This document shows, in pieces, positions 42,151 to 52,380 of a stretch of DNA of 64,000 bases. Each line of letters opens with the position of its first letter. The first letter of the stretch is position 1. The translations under genes were made by a program, and so were the position numbers. The notes beneath the pieces are model-generated. The model did not search any database. It saw only the letters and a program-made list of their open reading frames with translations, and had not been told where the DNA came from. Origin of the DNA: Gammaproteobacteria bacterium (GTDB taxonomy: Bacteria; Pseudomonadota; Gammaproteobacteria; Ga0077536); NCBI GenBank assembly GCA_019747795.1, contig JAIEQK010000011.1, positions 7,737 through 71,736 of the forward strand. The letters run 5' to 3'.

Positions 42151-43664
42151 GCCGCGGCCTGCTTCGCAATTCGCTGAGCAATTTCGTCGGCGGCCTGATC
42201 CCCGCTCTTGCGACCCTGGTCACCGTGCCGGTGGTGATCGGTCACCTCGGTGCCGTTCAGTACGGCATCTTTGTTCTCCTGACCTCGGTGGTGGGCTACT
42301 TCTCCATGCTGGACATCAACGTGTCCGCGGGCTCGACCAAGTACCTGAGCGAATACCATGCGCGGGGCGAGCATCAGCGTGCTTCCGAGGTGGTGAGCTG
42401 CGGGGCGCTGATTTACCTGGCTATCGGTCTGGTCGGATGCATATGCCTATTCTTCGGCGCGGCTTGGGTGCTGCGCCGTTTCTTCGACCTGCCTGGGGAG
42501 TTCCGCGCGACCACCGTAACGGCGCTGGAGATCGGTGGAGTCGCCTTCCTGTTCGGACAGCTGCAGGCGTACCTGATCAGCGTGCCGCAGGCCCTGCTGC
42601 GCTATGACATCTCAGCGCGATACGAATCACTGTTCGGCGTTCTGGTCTCCGTCGTTACGATGGGCGTGGCCATCGCTGGTGGCGGGCTGGTGGCCATCAT
42701 GCTGGCGCGTACCGCGCTAAGCCTGCTCAACTGCGTGCTGCTCTTAGCCGCCGTGCGTTCGCTTATGCCGTTGCTGTCCTGGCGCCTGCCGCCTCGCGGA
42801 ATGGTATCGGCCATCTTGTCCTTCAGCGGCTTCGCCTACCTGAGCCGCATCGCGGCGGTGACCTACCAGAACGCCGACAAGCTCATAATCGGGGCGCTCG
42901 CCGATATGCGCTCCGTCGCGCTCTTCTCGGTGCCGTTCATGCTGGCCAATCGTGTGTTTGGCATGGTGTATCGCCTCGGGCACGCGCTTTTCCCTCTGAC
43001 CAGCGCGCTCGCGTCGCAGGGAAGGCAGGACGAACTGCGTGCCACCTACCTGGTCGCGACGCGCTACATGGTGTACCTGAACGCATGCCTGTGCGTATTG
43101 CTCTGCCTTTTCGCGCGGGAAGTACTCCATTACTGGGCCGGTCACGAGTTCGGCGTGTCATCGGCGCGCATCCTGACCCTCGTTGCGCTCGCGGTGTTCA
43201 TCGATTCCCTGACCAATCTGCCCTCGCTCGTCAACGATGGCCTCGGCCGACCGCGTAATACCGGGTTGTTCGCGGTGGCGCGCGCCGCGCTGGCGGTAGT
43301 CGCTGTATATGCGCTGGTGCTGGCTTACGGCGTCGAAGGCGCGGCGGTCGGGCAGCTCGCGACGTCCTTCCTGATGGCGAGCGGCTTCCTACTCTACGTG
43401 CACGAGCGCACCGTGCCGGTCTCGCTGTGGGCCACCGTGCGGGAAGCCTACGGACCTGCCTTCACGGTGTTGGCGGTTTTCATGCCGCTGGCGCTCGGCC
43501 GCGTCGGCGGGCCGCCCGCTGGTCCGGTCACCAGCGCCGCGCTGATCCTCGGCACCGGCCTGGTCCTGCTCGCAGTGGGGTGGCTGTGGGTGCTGAACGA
43601 GCACGGCCGCCGCCTGGTGCTGGCGCGCCTGCGCGCGGTCTATGGCCAGGCCGTGGTCGAGTGA
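42147..43664 (+). CDS. Wzx-type polysaccharide flippase (MOP superfamily).
   Basis: 505 aa with ~14 TM helices. 4-nt overlap with the upstream gene. Confidence 0.65.
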   Translation: MSRGLLRNSLSNFVGGLIPALATLVTVPVVIGHLGAVQYGIFVLLTSVVGYFSMLDINVSAGSTKYLSEYHARGEHQRASEVVSCGALIYLAIGLVGCICLFFGAAWVLRRFFDLPGEFRATTVTALEIGGVAFLFGQLQAYLISVPQALLRYDISARYESLFGVLVSVVTMGVAIAGGGLVAIMLARTALSLLNCVLLLAAVRSLMPLLSWRLPPRGMVSAILSFSGFAYLSRIAAVTYQNADKLIIGALADMRSVALFSVPFMLANRVFGMVYRLGHALFPLTSALASQGRQDELRATYLVATRYMVYLNACLCVLLCLFAREVLHYWAGHEFGVSSARILTLVALAVFIDSLTNLPSLVNDGLGRPRNTGLFAVARAALAVVAVYALVLAYGVEGAAVGQLATSFLMASGFLLYVHERTVPVSLWATVREAYGPAFTVLAVFMPLALGRVGGPPAGPVTSAALILGTGLVLLAVGWLWVLNEHGRRLVLARLRAVYGQAVVE

Positions 43665-43669
43665 GCGCC

Positions 43670-44902
43670 ATGCGAGTCCTGTTCGTGACTGAGGACCTGC
43701 CCACCCGACACGCGGGGGGCGCCGGCAAGCACGCGATGCTGCTCGCGAACGCCCTGCTCGAAGCTGGGCACACGGTGGAACTGCTCGGCCGCAGTGATGT
43801 GCCGGGATACGACGGTTCCTGCGAGTTCCGCGGGCGTGTCCATCGCGCTTTCGATTTCGGGCGCACCGGCTGGAAAGAACGACAGTCCGGTGTCTTCAAC
43901 CCGCTACGCCGCCATCACATGGCGCGCCGCATCCGCGACGCGGTGCGGGCGCTCGGCGGCACCTGGGACGTAGTGCACTACCACGGTCATCTCCCCGAAC
44001 TGGGTGCTCAGCTTGGTCAGGACTTCAATTTCGTCCACACAATCCATGATCGCGGACTCGAGTGCATGACGGCACTGCGCCTCTACGAGAGCCGCCCCTG
44101 CACGGCAATGGAGGCCGCCACCTGCGCGCGTTGCGCGACAGACGCGCCGAACGCGTTGCAGAGGAGGGTGAGTGCGATGAGCGTGGAACTGCGGCGGGGC
44201 GCGGCGCACCGCGTGCTTGCCCGGCACCGCGTGATCTTCGTCTCGCGATTCCTGCAGCAGCGCACGCTCGAGGCGCTAGGCATGGCGGAGGACTGTCAGT
44301 CGACGGTGGTGCACAATTTCATCGATGCCCGCCATATCGAGACGCTGCTGGCGGTGCGACCGCCGGCCCGCGCTGCTGGCGAGCGGCTGCGCGTGTTTAC
44401 CGCCGGCCGCATCGACGAAACCAAGGGCTTCGGCGAGATGCTGGCACAGCTGGACGACGACACCGTGCGGCGGCTCGAAATCCGCGTCGGCGGGCTGGGC
44501 AAGGACCTCGAAGATCTGCGCCGTCGCCACGAGCGCCGCGGCGTCAGATTCCTGGGCTGGCTCGACTATCCGCAGATTGTGCACGAACTTGCGGCCTGCG
44601 ATGTCGCGGTCATGCCGTCTGTGGTGGAGGAGGCGTGCAGCACCTTCACCCTCGAAGGATTGACGGTCGGACGCCCAGTGTATGCGCTGCGACGCGGCGC
44701 GACGCCCGAACTGGCGGTCTACGCCAGCGCGCCCGGGCAGCTCGCGCTGTTCGATGACATGCCGTCGCTGGCCGCGGCGCTGGGGCAGCTGTCAGGCGCG
44801 CAGCCAGCGCGGCCGCTGCACATGCGCGCCGACGTGCTCGCGCGCCTGCCGGAGATCCTGTCCGTATATCAGGCGCGCGAACACGCGGTGCGCTCGCCGT
44901 GA
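43670..44902 (+). CDS. Glycosyltransferase family 4.
   Basis: 'MRVLFVTEDLPTRHAGGAGKHAMLLANALLEAGH' N-terminus. C-terminal GT-B motif 'VMPSVVEEACSTFTLEGLTVGRPV'. Confidence 0.7.
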   Translation: MRVLFVTEDLPTRHAGGAGKHAMLLANALLEAGHTVELLGRSDVPGYDGSCEFRGRVHRAFDFGRTGWKERQSGVFNPLRRHHMARRIRDAVRALGGTWDVVHYHGHLPELGAQLGQDFNFVHTIHDRGLECMTALRLYESRPCTAMEAATCARCATDAPNALQRRVSAMSVELRRGAAHRVLARHRVIFVSRFLQQRTLEALGMAEDCQSTVVHNFIDARHIETLLAVRPPARAAGERLRVFTAGRIDETKGFGEMLAQLDDDTVRRLEIRVGGLGKDLEDLRRRHERRGVRFLGWLDYPQIVHELAACDVAVMPSVVEEACSTFTLEGLTVGRPVYALRRGATPELAVYASAPGQLALFDDMPSLAAALGQLSGAQPARPLHMRADVLARLPEILSVYQAREHAVRSP

Positions 44903-45660
44903 AGTTTTCCGTCATCACCGTCTGCTATAACAGCGCGGCCACGCTGCCGGAGGCCATGCAGTCGTTGGCGGCGCAGCAGATGCAGGATTACGAGTGGGTG
45001 GTTGTCGACGGCGCGTCATCGGACGGCACCCAGGATATTGCGGCGAGTTTCAGCGGTCCGCGCGGTGCTTTTGTCAGCGAGCGCGATGGTGGTATCTACG
45101 CGGCGATGAACAAAGGCGTGAGCCTTGCGCGCGGCGAGTTCTTGTATTTCCTGAATTCCGATGATCGGCTGTCAGACGCGCAGGTGCTGGGAGATGTCGC
45201 GGCCACGCTCGCCGCGCGGCCGGAGCTCGAGCTGCTCTATGGCAACGTGATCTACATCAAGCCGGACGGGCGCGTGTTGCGGCGCTTCGACCATATCGAC
45301 CGCGGAACCCTGCGGTTCGAGGATCTGTGCCACCAGGCGGTATTCGCGCACCGAGAGCTGTTCGAGCGTCTGGGCGGCTTCAACGAACGTTTCCGCACCA
45401 ACGCCGATTACGACTGGCTACTGCGGGTCTTCGCCAGTGGTGCTATGACGGCATGGACCGATCGCACCGTGGGAGAATTCCGCACCGGCGGGGCGCACAT
45501 GCGCGACTTGCCCATGGCCATGGCCGAGCGGCGTGCCGTGCGCCTGCAGTACATGGGGAAAGCCGCGCTGGCCTGGGGTGATTTCCGCCGCCGGGTACGT
45601 CATCGACTTCACATCCTGCGCCACGGCCATCGGCCGGGCCAGGTGCCACTACCTACCTGA
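44899..45660 (+). CDS. Glycosyltransferase family 2.
   Basis: 'FSVITVCYNSAATLPEAMQSLAAQQ...YEWVVVDGASSDGT' and DxD 'LNSDD'. Confidence 0.8.
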   Translation: MKFSVITVCYNSAATLPEAMQSLAAQQMQDYEWVVVDGASSDGTQDIAASFSGPRGAFVSERDGGIYAAMNKGVSLARGEFLYFLNSDDRLSDAQVLGDVAATLAARPELELLYGNVIYIKPDGRVLRRFDHIDRGTLRFEDLCHQAVFAHRELFERLGGFNERFRTNADYDWLLRVFASGAMTAWTDRTVGEFRTGGAHMRDLPMAMAERRAVRLQYMGKAALAWGDFRRRVRHRLHILRHGHRPGQVPLPT

Positions 45661-45671
45661 CAGGCATCGCC

Positions 45672-46937
45672 ATGCACTCTCGCCGCCCTTGCCCTTCCGC
45701 GTGGTTCCTGCCTCGGTACGGGATCCTGTTGCTGATGTGCCTCCTGCCCTGGCTCGCGAGCGCCGACGAATATCTCACGCCGCCCACGGTACCGGTGCCG
45801 ACGACGTATTTCGGCATGCACTTTCATCGCGCGGGCGATCCGACGCGCGTGCCGAAGGAGGGTGTCGGCGCGTGGCGACTGTGGGATGCGCGGGTGGCCT
45901 GGCGCTATCTCGCCGACCATGGACCGGTGCTTGATTTCCGCCAGCTCGATCGCCTCGTGAGCCTGGCGCGCGACCGCCGCATCGAGTTGCTCTATACCTT
46001 TGGCGCCACGCCTGGCTGGGCGAGCGCGCGGCCAGAAGAGAAGGGACCCTACGGGCCAGGATCTGCCGCCGAGCCGCGCGATCCGGCGCAATGGCAGGGC
46101 TTCGTAAAGCGCATCGCGACGCGCTACAAGGGCGCAATTCGAACCTACGAAATATGGAACGAGCCCAACGGCGGGTTCTTCACCGGCGCATTGGACGAGC
46201 TGGTCAATCTCACGTGCAGCACTGCGACACTTCTGAAGTCGATCGATCCGACTATCACCGTGGTGTCGCCCTCGGGTGTCGGCGGCTATCCGCAGCAACT
46301 CGCCTGGCTGGACCAGTTCCTGGCGCATGGCGGTGGTCGTTGCGTAGATGTCATCGGTTATCACATCTACGCCGCGAAGGGCACACCGGAGTCGATGCTG
46401 GCGACGCTGCGCAACGTTCAGGCGCTGATCGCCAAGCACCACCTCGACAGCAAGCCCCTGTGGAACACGGAAACGGGATGGCGTCTTTACCAGGGGCCGA
46501 GCAAGGCGGCAGCCATCGACCCGAGTTGGCCTAAGCTTGATGCGCAGCGCTCCCCCGCTTACGTGGCACGTGCGCTCCTCATCGGCTGGGCTGCTGGGCT
46601 GTCGCGCTACTACTGGTACGCTTGGGATCACGACGACATGGGCTTCCTGACCGCGGACGGCCGCGAGACCGACAGCGCTACCGCCTATCTCGGCATGTCG
46701 CGCTGGATGCGGGGCGCCGTGGTTCGCGATTGTTCGAGCGTCGGCGCGCTGTGGCAGTGCAGGCTCGCGCGCGACGGCACGGACAACTTCGTCTTGTGGA
46801 GCGAGGACGACGAGACGCGGGAGGTGCCCGTGCCCTCGGGCGCCACACACCTCGAAACTCTGGGCGGCGCGCGCAGTGAGCTCGTCGTCGGCGGGCGCGT
46901 GACGGTTGGGCCCCAGCCCATCCTGTTGACGCCCTGA
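45672..46937 (+). CDS. Secreted TIM-barrel glycoside hydrolase (GH5/GH39/PslG-like endoglycanase candidate).
   Basis: Signal peptide. 'YEIWNEPNGGFF' with NEP catalytic-acid signature. 421 aa. Confidence 0.55.
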   Translation: MHSRRPCPSAWFLPRYGILLLMCLLPWLASADEYLTPPTVPVPTTYFGMHFHRAGDPTRVPKEGVGAWRLWDARVAWRYLADHGPVLDFRQLDRLVSLARDRRIELLYTFGATPGWASARPEEKGPYGPGSAAEPRDPAQWQGFVKRIATRYKGAIRTYEIWNEPNGGFFTGALDELVNLTCSTATLLKSIDPTITVVSPSGVGGYPQQLAWLDQFLAHGGGRCVDVIGYHIYAAKGTPESMLATLRNVQALIAKHHLDSKPLWNTETGWRLYQGPSKAAAIDPSWPKLDAQRSPAYVARALLIGWAAGLSRYYWYAWDHDDMGFLTADGRETDSATAYLGMSRWMRGAVVRDCSSVGALWQCRLARDGTDNFVLWSEDDETREVPVPSGATHLETLGGARSELVVGGRVTVGPQPILLTP

Positions 46938-46986
46938 CGCCAGCCGCGTCCGTCCCTTCAACCTCGCGTCGGCGTTTCCAGCCACC

Positions 46987-47988
46987 ATGCGTTTGTTGTA
47001 CGCCGGCAGATTCGACATCCCCGGCATCCTGCGTCAGGTGGCGGTCGGCGAGGCGCCGAGCAATCACCTGCACGGCGTGCCGCTACTGGCGTCATATGGC
47101 TGGCAAGTGTGTGGTCTCGATCTCAGCGCGCAAGAACTCGCCGAGCCGCGTGCCTTCCAGAGGCGGCTGTGGCGTGAACGGGCCAGCTACGATGTCGTGC
47201 TGGCGCACAACTACTACGATGTGCGCTGGCTGGCCATGGCGCGCGCCGCGGGACTGCTGCGCGCGCGGCTTGCGGCCTTCGTACATTCGTTGCGGCCTCG
47301 GCCTTGGGATCGAGTGCTGATGCATGGCTATGATCATCTCTTCACTCTGAGCGAATGCGCAATGGCGGCGGTGCGGCGTGGCGGTGGTCCGGCGGCGCGA
47401 CAGACTTATTTTGCCTATGGCGCGGACCTGCGTTTCTATCGCGAGCAGCCTTGGCCGATCTCGCCGGGCATCGTTCTCAGTGTGGGCGTCAGCGGGCGGG
47501 ATTTCGCTACGCTGATCGGCGCGGCGCGCGACATCGATGCCGAGGTCCACATCGTCGGTCGGGTGGATGCCCGCGACATGCGGGATGCACCGAAGAATGT
47601 CCATTTCCACTCCACCGGCAATTACGACCTGCCGTTCGCGGCGCTGACCGGCCTGTTCGCGCGCGCGGGCTGCGTGGTGGTGACCCACCATGGCAGCGAT
47701 CATCCCTACGGCCTCAACGCGGTGGTGGAGGCCATGGCCTACGGTCGGCCACTCGTGATGAGCGCCGGCCCTGGCATCGACATCGATCCGGTCGCGTTGG
47801 GCCGCGGACTGCGCGTCGCTCCCCACGATACGGCAGCGCTGGCGCGCGCGGTCACCGCCGTGCTGAGCGATGACGTCGCCGCCCGCGCCATGGGCGGCCG
47901 GGCGCGCGCGGCGGTGGCCGGCAAGTTCAATGCCAACGTCATGGCAGCCCAGCTCGACCGCGCACTGCGGGAGCTCTGCGAGACATGA
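46987..47988 (+). CDS. Glycosyltransferase (GT-B fold, GT4-like).
   Basis: Weak GT-B features: C-terminal 'GCVVVTHHGSDHPYGLNAVVEAMAYGRPLVMSAGPG'. Overlaps the next GT by 4 nt. Confidence 0.5.
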   Translation: MRLLYAGRFDIPGILRQVAVGEAPSNHLHGVPLLASYGWQVCGLDLSAQELAEPRAFQRRLWRERASYDVVLAHNYYDVRWLAMARAAGLLRARLAAFVHSLRPRPWDRVLMHGYDHLFTLSECAMAAVRRGGGPAARQTYFAYGADLRFYREQPWPISPGIVLSVGVSGRDFATLIGAARDIDAEVHIVGRVDARDMRDAPKNVHFHSTGNYDLPFAALTGLFARAGCVVVTHHGSDHPYGLNAVVEAMAYGRPLVMSAGPGIDIDPVALGRGLRVAPHDTAALARAVTAVLSDDVAARAMGGRARAAVAGKFNANVMAAQLDRALRELCET

Positions 47989-49172
47989 CAGCCCCTACGC
48001 AAGTCCGGGACGGGCGAGTCGCCGTCCTCCTGATAGACACTCTAAGCGCGACCAACGACTTCGGCGTCGAACTCGCTCTCGCGCTGGCGCAGGAAGTGGA
48101 CCTGACCGTGGTGACGGTCGCCGGAACGCCGCTGCAGAGTGGCCCGAGTATGCGGGTGTTGCCCTTTCTTCCTCGCTACGGTGGAGGGGGGCGTGTGGCC
48201 AAGGCGCTGGCCGCTATCGCCGGCAGTGTGCGCCTGGCGAGTACGCTATGGCGCCATCGCCATGGCGTGGTGCACGTGCAGTTCATGCGCTTTCCGCGCG
48301 TCGAATGGTTCATCTATCACATGTTCAGGCCGTGGCTGCGCTGCCTCGTTATTACCGTGCACAACACGTTGCCACACGAGCGACGCGCCTGGCATCACGC
48401 TTTCTATGGTCGCTGGTATCGACTGGCGGATCGACTGCACGTGCTCAGCGAGAACGTCGGGCGCCAACTGGTCGAGCAATTCGGCCTGCCGGCGGATCGC
48501 CTCGACATGGTGCCGCACGGCAACTATCGCCGCTTCGTGACCCGCAACAGCAGACCCACCCGCATGGCGGAACTGGGCTTGGACGTGCTCGACGATCCGG
48601 CTCGCTTCGTCGTGGGATTCTTCGGCCTGATCCGGCCGTACAAGGGCGTGCTCGATCTGGCCCGCGCGTTTGCCCTGTTGGATGACCTGGAAGTGGACTT
48701 GGTCATCGCGGGTAAGGTCGAACAGAGCGCGCGCGTAGAGATGGGCGAGGTTGACGCGCTGCTCGGCGGCCATCCACGATTTCATCTACTCCCGCGGTTT
48801 CTCAGTGAATCGGAGCTTGCGGCGCTGCTGCGCCGCGCCAACCTCGTGGTGTTTCCGTATACGGACATTTCGCAGAGCGGCGCCTTGATGCTCGCGCTGA
48901 GCCACGACAAGGTGGTGATCGCGAACGACATCGCGGGCTTTCGTGAGTATATCGTGGACGGCGAAAGCGGCGTGTTGTGCCGAACGGACGATGTGGCGGA
49001 GTTTGCACGTACGCTGCGCGCGGTGATTCAGGACGGCGCGCTGCGCGAGCGCATCGCGTGCTCTGTGCGGATATTGATGGCGGGTCGTTACGGGTGGGAT
49101 ACCATCGCGCGCGGCCTGCTGAACTGCTATCAGAGCGGGCTGCAGGGCGTCGACGCGCAACGGCAGTCCTGA
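47985..49172 (+). CDS. Glycosyltransferase family 4.
   Basis: 'LVVFPYTDISQSGALMLALSHDKVVIANDIAGFREYIVDGESGVLC'. Confidence 0.7.
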   Translation: MTAPTQVRDGRVAVLLIDTLSATNDFGVELALALAQEVDLTVVTVAGTPLQSGPSMRVLPFLPRYGGGGRVAKALAAIAGSVRLASTLWRHRHGVVHVQFMRFPRVEWFIYHMFRPWLRCLVITVHNTLPHERRAWHHAFYGRWYRLADRLHVLSENVGRQLVEQFGLPADRLDMVPHGNYRRFVTRNSRPTRMAELGLDVLDDPARFVVGFFGLIRPYKGVLDLARAFALLDDLEVDLVIAGKVEQSARVEMGEVDALLGGHPRFHLLPRFLSESELAALLRRANLVVFPYTDISQSGALMLALSHDKVVIANDIAGFREYIVDGESGVLCRTDDVAEFARTLRAVIQDGALRERIACSVRILMAGRYGWDTIARGLLNCYQSGLQGVDAQRQS

Positions 49173-49230
49173 GAGAGGGCGACGAACGCCATGACGCGCG
49201 GCTCGATGTCAGTCGAACCGCGCGCCGACT

Positions 49231-52200
49231 TCAGCCGGCCGGCGCCTGGCTGAACGAGCAGCCACGCGCGTTCGTGTAGGCCCCTGTCGGGGTGGCGGAG
49301 CACTGGTCCTGGAAGTTCGGCACACCATCGCCGTCGTCATCTACCAGGGTACTGTCACGCGAATAGATGACTTCCGAACTGTGTGGCTGGAGCGTGTAAG
49401 GCCAAGCTATCAGGAGGCCATCGGAGAACTTTACGAACTGTGTGCAGAGCGCCGGGTTGCTGGCCTGATCGGGGCAGTCCACGGCGCTGGGCGCGGCTGT
49501 GGCGTTGACCAGGATGCGCGTCTTCAGCGAAGTCTCGACCGGGTTCAACGGCACCATCTCGAGATTGCCGATAGCCAGCGAGGTGGCCGGCATGACGCGT
49601 TCGAAGTCCACTCGCACGCCGAGGTCGCCCGTTACCGGATCGGCGGCATTGACGGTCTTGGTGGCCTGGAACACAAAGGAGTAACGGGTCCACGCGGTCG
49701 AGCCGGCGAAGCCCAGCGAACTGGGCGCGATGCCCTCATAGCCGTTGGTGCCACCGCCACCGCGCCGCACTATCACCGAGATCGGTTGACCGGTGCTCTG
49801 CGTGCGTGCATCGAAGGAAATCCGATACCATTGGCCCTGCACGGTGCTGAAGTTCGGCGAGGACAGGAGGCTGGCGCTGCCACCGGCGGTCAAGCGTATG
49901 CAATTGCCCTGGGGGCATGACTCTAGCGCAGCCGTGGCGAGCGGCGCCGTTGCGTTCCACCACGTCCAGCCGCGGCGGCCAGCGGCGAGATTACCGTTCG
50001 GTATCAGGTTGCCGCCGGTCGTGCTGAAGGTCGCATAGCCGATACTGCTCACCTGCGAACCGTTCATGTCCTGGCCTCGCACTGACTGCCACCTGGGCAG
50101 GTCGTGCGCGCCGCCGCCGCCGCTCCACAGCTCGTTTGCCACGGTCGGCGAGAGGAGAGTCGAGTAGCGATTGCCCCGGTAGCTGGCGAAGCTGCTAGTG
50201 CTCGCATAGATGGTCTCCTGCTGCACGGGCTGCTGCGGTACGGCCGGGAAGAACAGGTTGTCATTGATCTGGTTTCCGAACACGTCACCCGCGGCGCGCT
50301 GACGATTGCTTGTCTCCTGTGCCCACACCTGGAAACGGCGATTACCGAAGAACGTGTTGCCGGCGATGATGTTCGATGCCGCGTCGTGCAGGTGCACGCC
50401 ATCGTCGGCACCGATCAAGGTGTTGTTGCTTACCGTAACGCCAGCGGCGAGTTCATCGAGATAGATACCGGCGGTGAGCGTGGTCGCCTGGCTCGGCATG
50501 CCATCGGTGTTGCCGATCACGGACTGCACCGTGTTGTGGTCGATCACGCTGCCGTTGTTGGTGCCCGCGGTGTAGATGCCAGCGCAGTCGTTCAGGCTAA
50601 TGCAGGCGTATTCGACGCGGTTGCCGGACGCGAAACTACCGGTGCCGAGCAGGATGCCGATGTAGCCCGCATTGATCACGACATTGTCTTGCACCGTGGC
50701 GCCGCTGCCCGCGCGCAATGCCCCGTAGCTGCGGATTGGCACGTCCAGCGCGCCGAGGCTGGGCCCACGCACGCCGCTGTTTACGATGCGATTGCCCATT
50801 ACCCGCAGCGACCGCGCGCTCTGTCCGTCAGCACCAACAGCCGACAGCGCATCGCGGCGGCTGTTGACGATTGTGTCCGCCGACACTTCGCAGTTCGAAC
50901 AGCGCACGGCGTCCACCGCATTGTTGCCGCTGTTGCTGATGCGCGCGTTACGCAGCACCAGGCCGTTCGCAGTGCGCATGCGCACGCCGGTGACGAAGCC
51001 GTCTACGTCGACGCCGTCTAGGGTGATGAAGCTGCCATTGCTGAAGTCGATGCCGACGTCGCCCACTGCGCTGGCGAGGCGCCCGGCCGGCGCTAGGCCA
51101 TCGGGCATCCACACCGCGAGCGTGCCAGCTGCCGTATCGACGTGCCACTCACCAGGGGAATCGAGCATCCAGCGCGCGCCGGTGAGATAGAAGCCCCAGT
51201 TCGCGTCGAGAGGAAAGGTGGTCGGGCGGTCAAAGTAAATTTTACCGTCGGCGTAGGAAGCCACCGTCAACTCGTCCATCATCCAGCCGTTGGTGCGCAC
51301 GACCACGCCCATGCCGGGCACGATACTCGCCCCCTCAGGCAGGGCCAGATTCGCGGCTGGCTGCAGGTAGGTGCTGCCCGTCCCACCGGCCTGCGCCACG
51401 CGGTCGGCGTTGGCGGCGATGGTCGCGAACATGCCGGCGGGCCGCGCGGGATCGAAGCCACGATTCGGGTGGTGCGCAGGCGCCAGCGTGCTGTCCGCGA
51501 ACATCAATTGTGTGGGCGCGCCGCCGGCATAGCTGGCGCGCACATCGCTGAGGTTGATGACCTGTCCCGCAACGCGCACGACGAAGTCGATGCGCGCGGC
51601 GGTGGTAGTGGCGGTAAAGACAGTGTCGTAGGTGAGTGTTTGCCAGGCACCGGTGCCGACCACCGTGCGGGTCGCGCCGATGGTGTCGTAGGGCGCCGCG
51701 CCGCGACGCGGTATCACATCCACGCTGACGCCGGCCGGAATGCGCAGGCGCGCGCTGATATTGAGCTGGTTGCCGGCCTCGACGCTGAAGTTGCCGCTGA
51801 TCGCGATTGTCGGCGTGGTGCCGCTGGTGAGGGTAATGCACGCGGAGGAGTTGACCACGCAGCTGAGGTCGTTTATCAGCGTCTGATCGTGGAGGCGCGA
51901 CCAGGAACTGAAGCCGAGCAGGTCGCCCGACGAACGCAGCAGGTTCACCGGGAAACGAGCTTGGTAGATATTGCCGCCGATGTTTGTCCAGGCATAGTTC
52001 GGAATGGGCTGGGCCGCGGAGACAAGCGGCTTGGCGGCACAGGGCGTGCCGTACTGGCCGACGGTGATGGGTGCCGAGGAGGTGCCGTTGGCGCGCAGGG
52101 CGAGCCGCTCTCGCCACACGCGATCGCAGCGCAGGAGTACCGTGTCACCGGGATTCAACGTCGCGCTGGAGACGCGGGCTAGGGAGCGCCACGGTCCATT

Positions 52201-52380
52201 GTCGAGATTGGCGGTCGCCGCGGACGTAGTGCCTGCCCATGCGTCGTTGCCGGTGACCGTGTCGACGTAGTAGGTGGCAGCGGACGCTGCCCATGAAAAG
52301 CTTGTCGCGAGCAGGCCTGCCGCCGCGCGCCTTAGTGACTCCTGTCGGGGGAAATGCGAGAGAAATCTGGAAGCGAACAT
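49231..52380 (-). CDS. Large secreted right-handed parallel beta-helix protein with C-terminal thrombospondin-type-3-like Ca-binding repeats. Candidate polysaccharide lyase/depolymerase or surface layer component.
   Basis: Signal peptide 'MFASRFLSHFPRQESLRRAAAGLLATSFSWAASA'. Numerous 'N..VDA..C.N..V..N.I' PbH1-like turns. C-terminus 'DDDGDGVPNFQDQCSATPTGAYTNARGCS'. Confidence 0.6.
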   Translation of the reverse strand: MFASRFLSHFPRQESLRRAAAGLLATSFSWAASAATYYVDTVTGNDAWAGTTSAATANLDNGPWRSLARVSSATLNPGDTVLLRCDRVWRERLALRANGTSSAPITVGQYGTPCAAKPLVSAAQPIPNYAWTNIGGNIYQARFPVNLLRSSGDLLGFSSWSRLHDQTLINDLSCVVNSSACITLTSGTTPTIAISGNFSVEAGNQLNISARLRIPAGVSVDVIPRRGAAPYDTIGATRTVVGTGAWQTLTYDTVFTATTTAARIDFVVRVAGQVINLSDVRASYAGGAPTQLMFADSTLAPAHHPNRGFDPARPAGMFATIAANADRVAQAGGTGSTYLQPAANLALPEGASIVPGMGVVVRTNGWMMDELTVASYADGKIYFDRPTTFPLDANWGFYLTGARWMLDSPGEWHVDTAAGTLAVWMPDGLAPAGRLASAVGDVGIDFSNGSFITLDGVDVDGFVTGVRMRTANGLVLRNARISNSGNNAVDAVRCSNCEVSADTIVNSRRDALSAVGADGQSARSLRVMGNRIVNSGVRGPSLGALDVPIRSYGALRAGSGATVQDNVVINAGYIGILLGTGSFASGNRVEYACISLNDCAGIYTAGTNNGSVIDHNTVQSVIGNTDGMPSQATTLTAGIYLDELAAGVTVSNNTLIGADDGVHLHDAASNIIAGNTFFGNRRFQVWAQETSNRQRAAGDVFGNQINDNLFFPAVPQQPVQQETIYASTSSFASYRGNRYSTLLSPTVANELWSGGGGAHDLPRWQSVRGQDMNGSQVSSIGYATFSTTGGNLIPNGNLAAGRRGWTWWNATAPLATAALESCPQGNCIRLTAGGSASLLSSPNFSTVQGQWYRISFDARTQSTGQPISVIVRRGGGGTNGYEGIAPSSLGFAGSTAWTRYSFVFQATKTVNAADPVTGDLGVRVDFERVMPATSLAIGNLEMVPLNPVETSLKTRILVNATAAPSAVDCPDQASNPALCTQFVKFSDGLLIAWPYTLQPHSSEVIYSRDSTLVDDDGDGVPNFQDQCSATPTGAYTNARGCSFSQAPAG

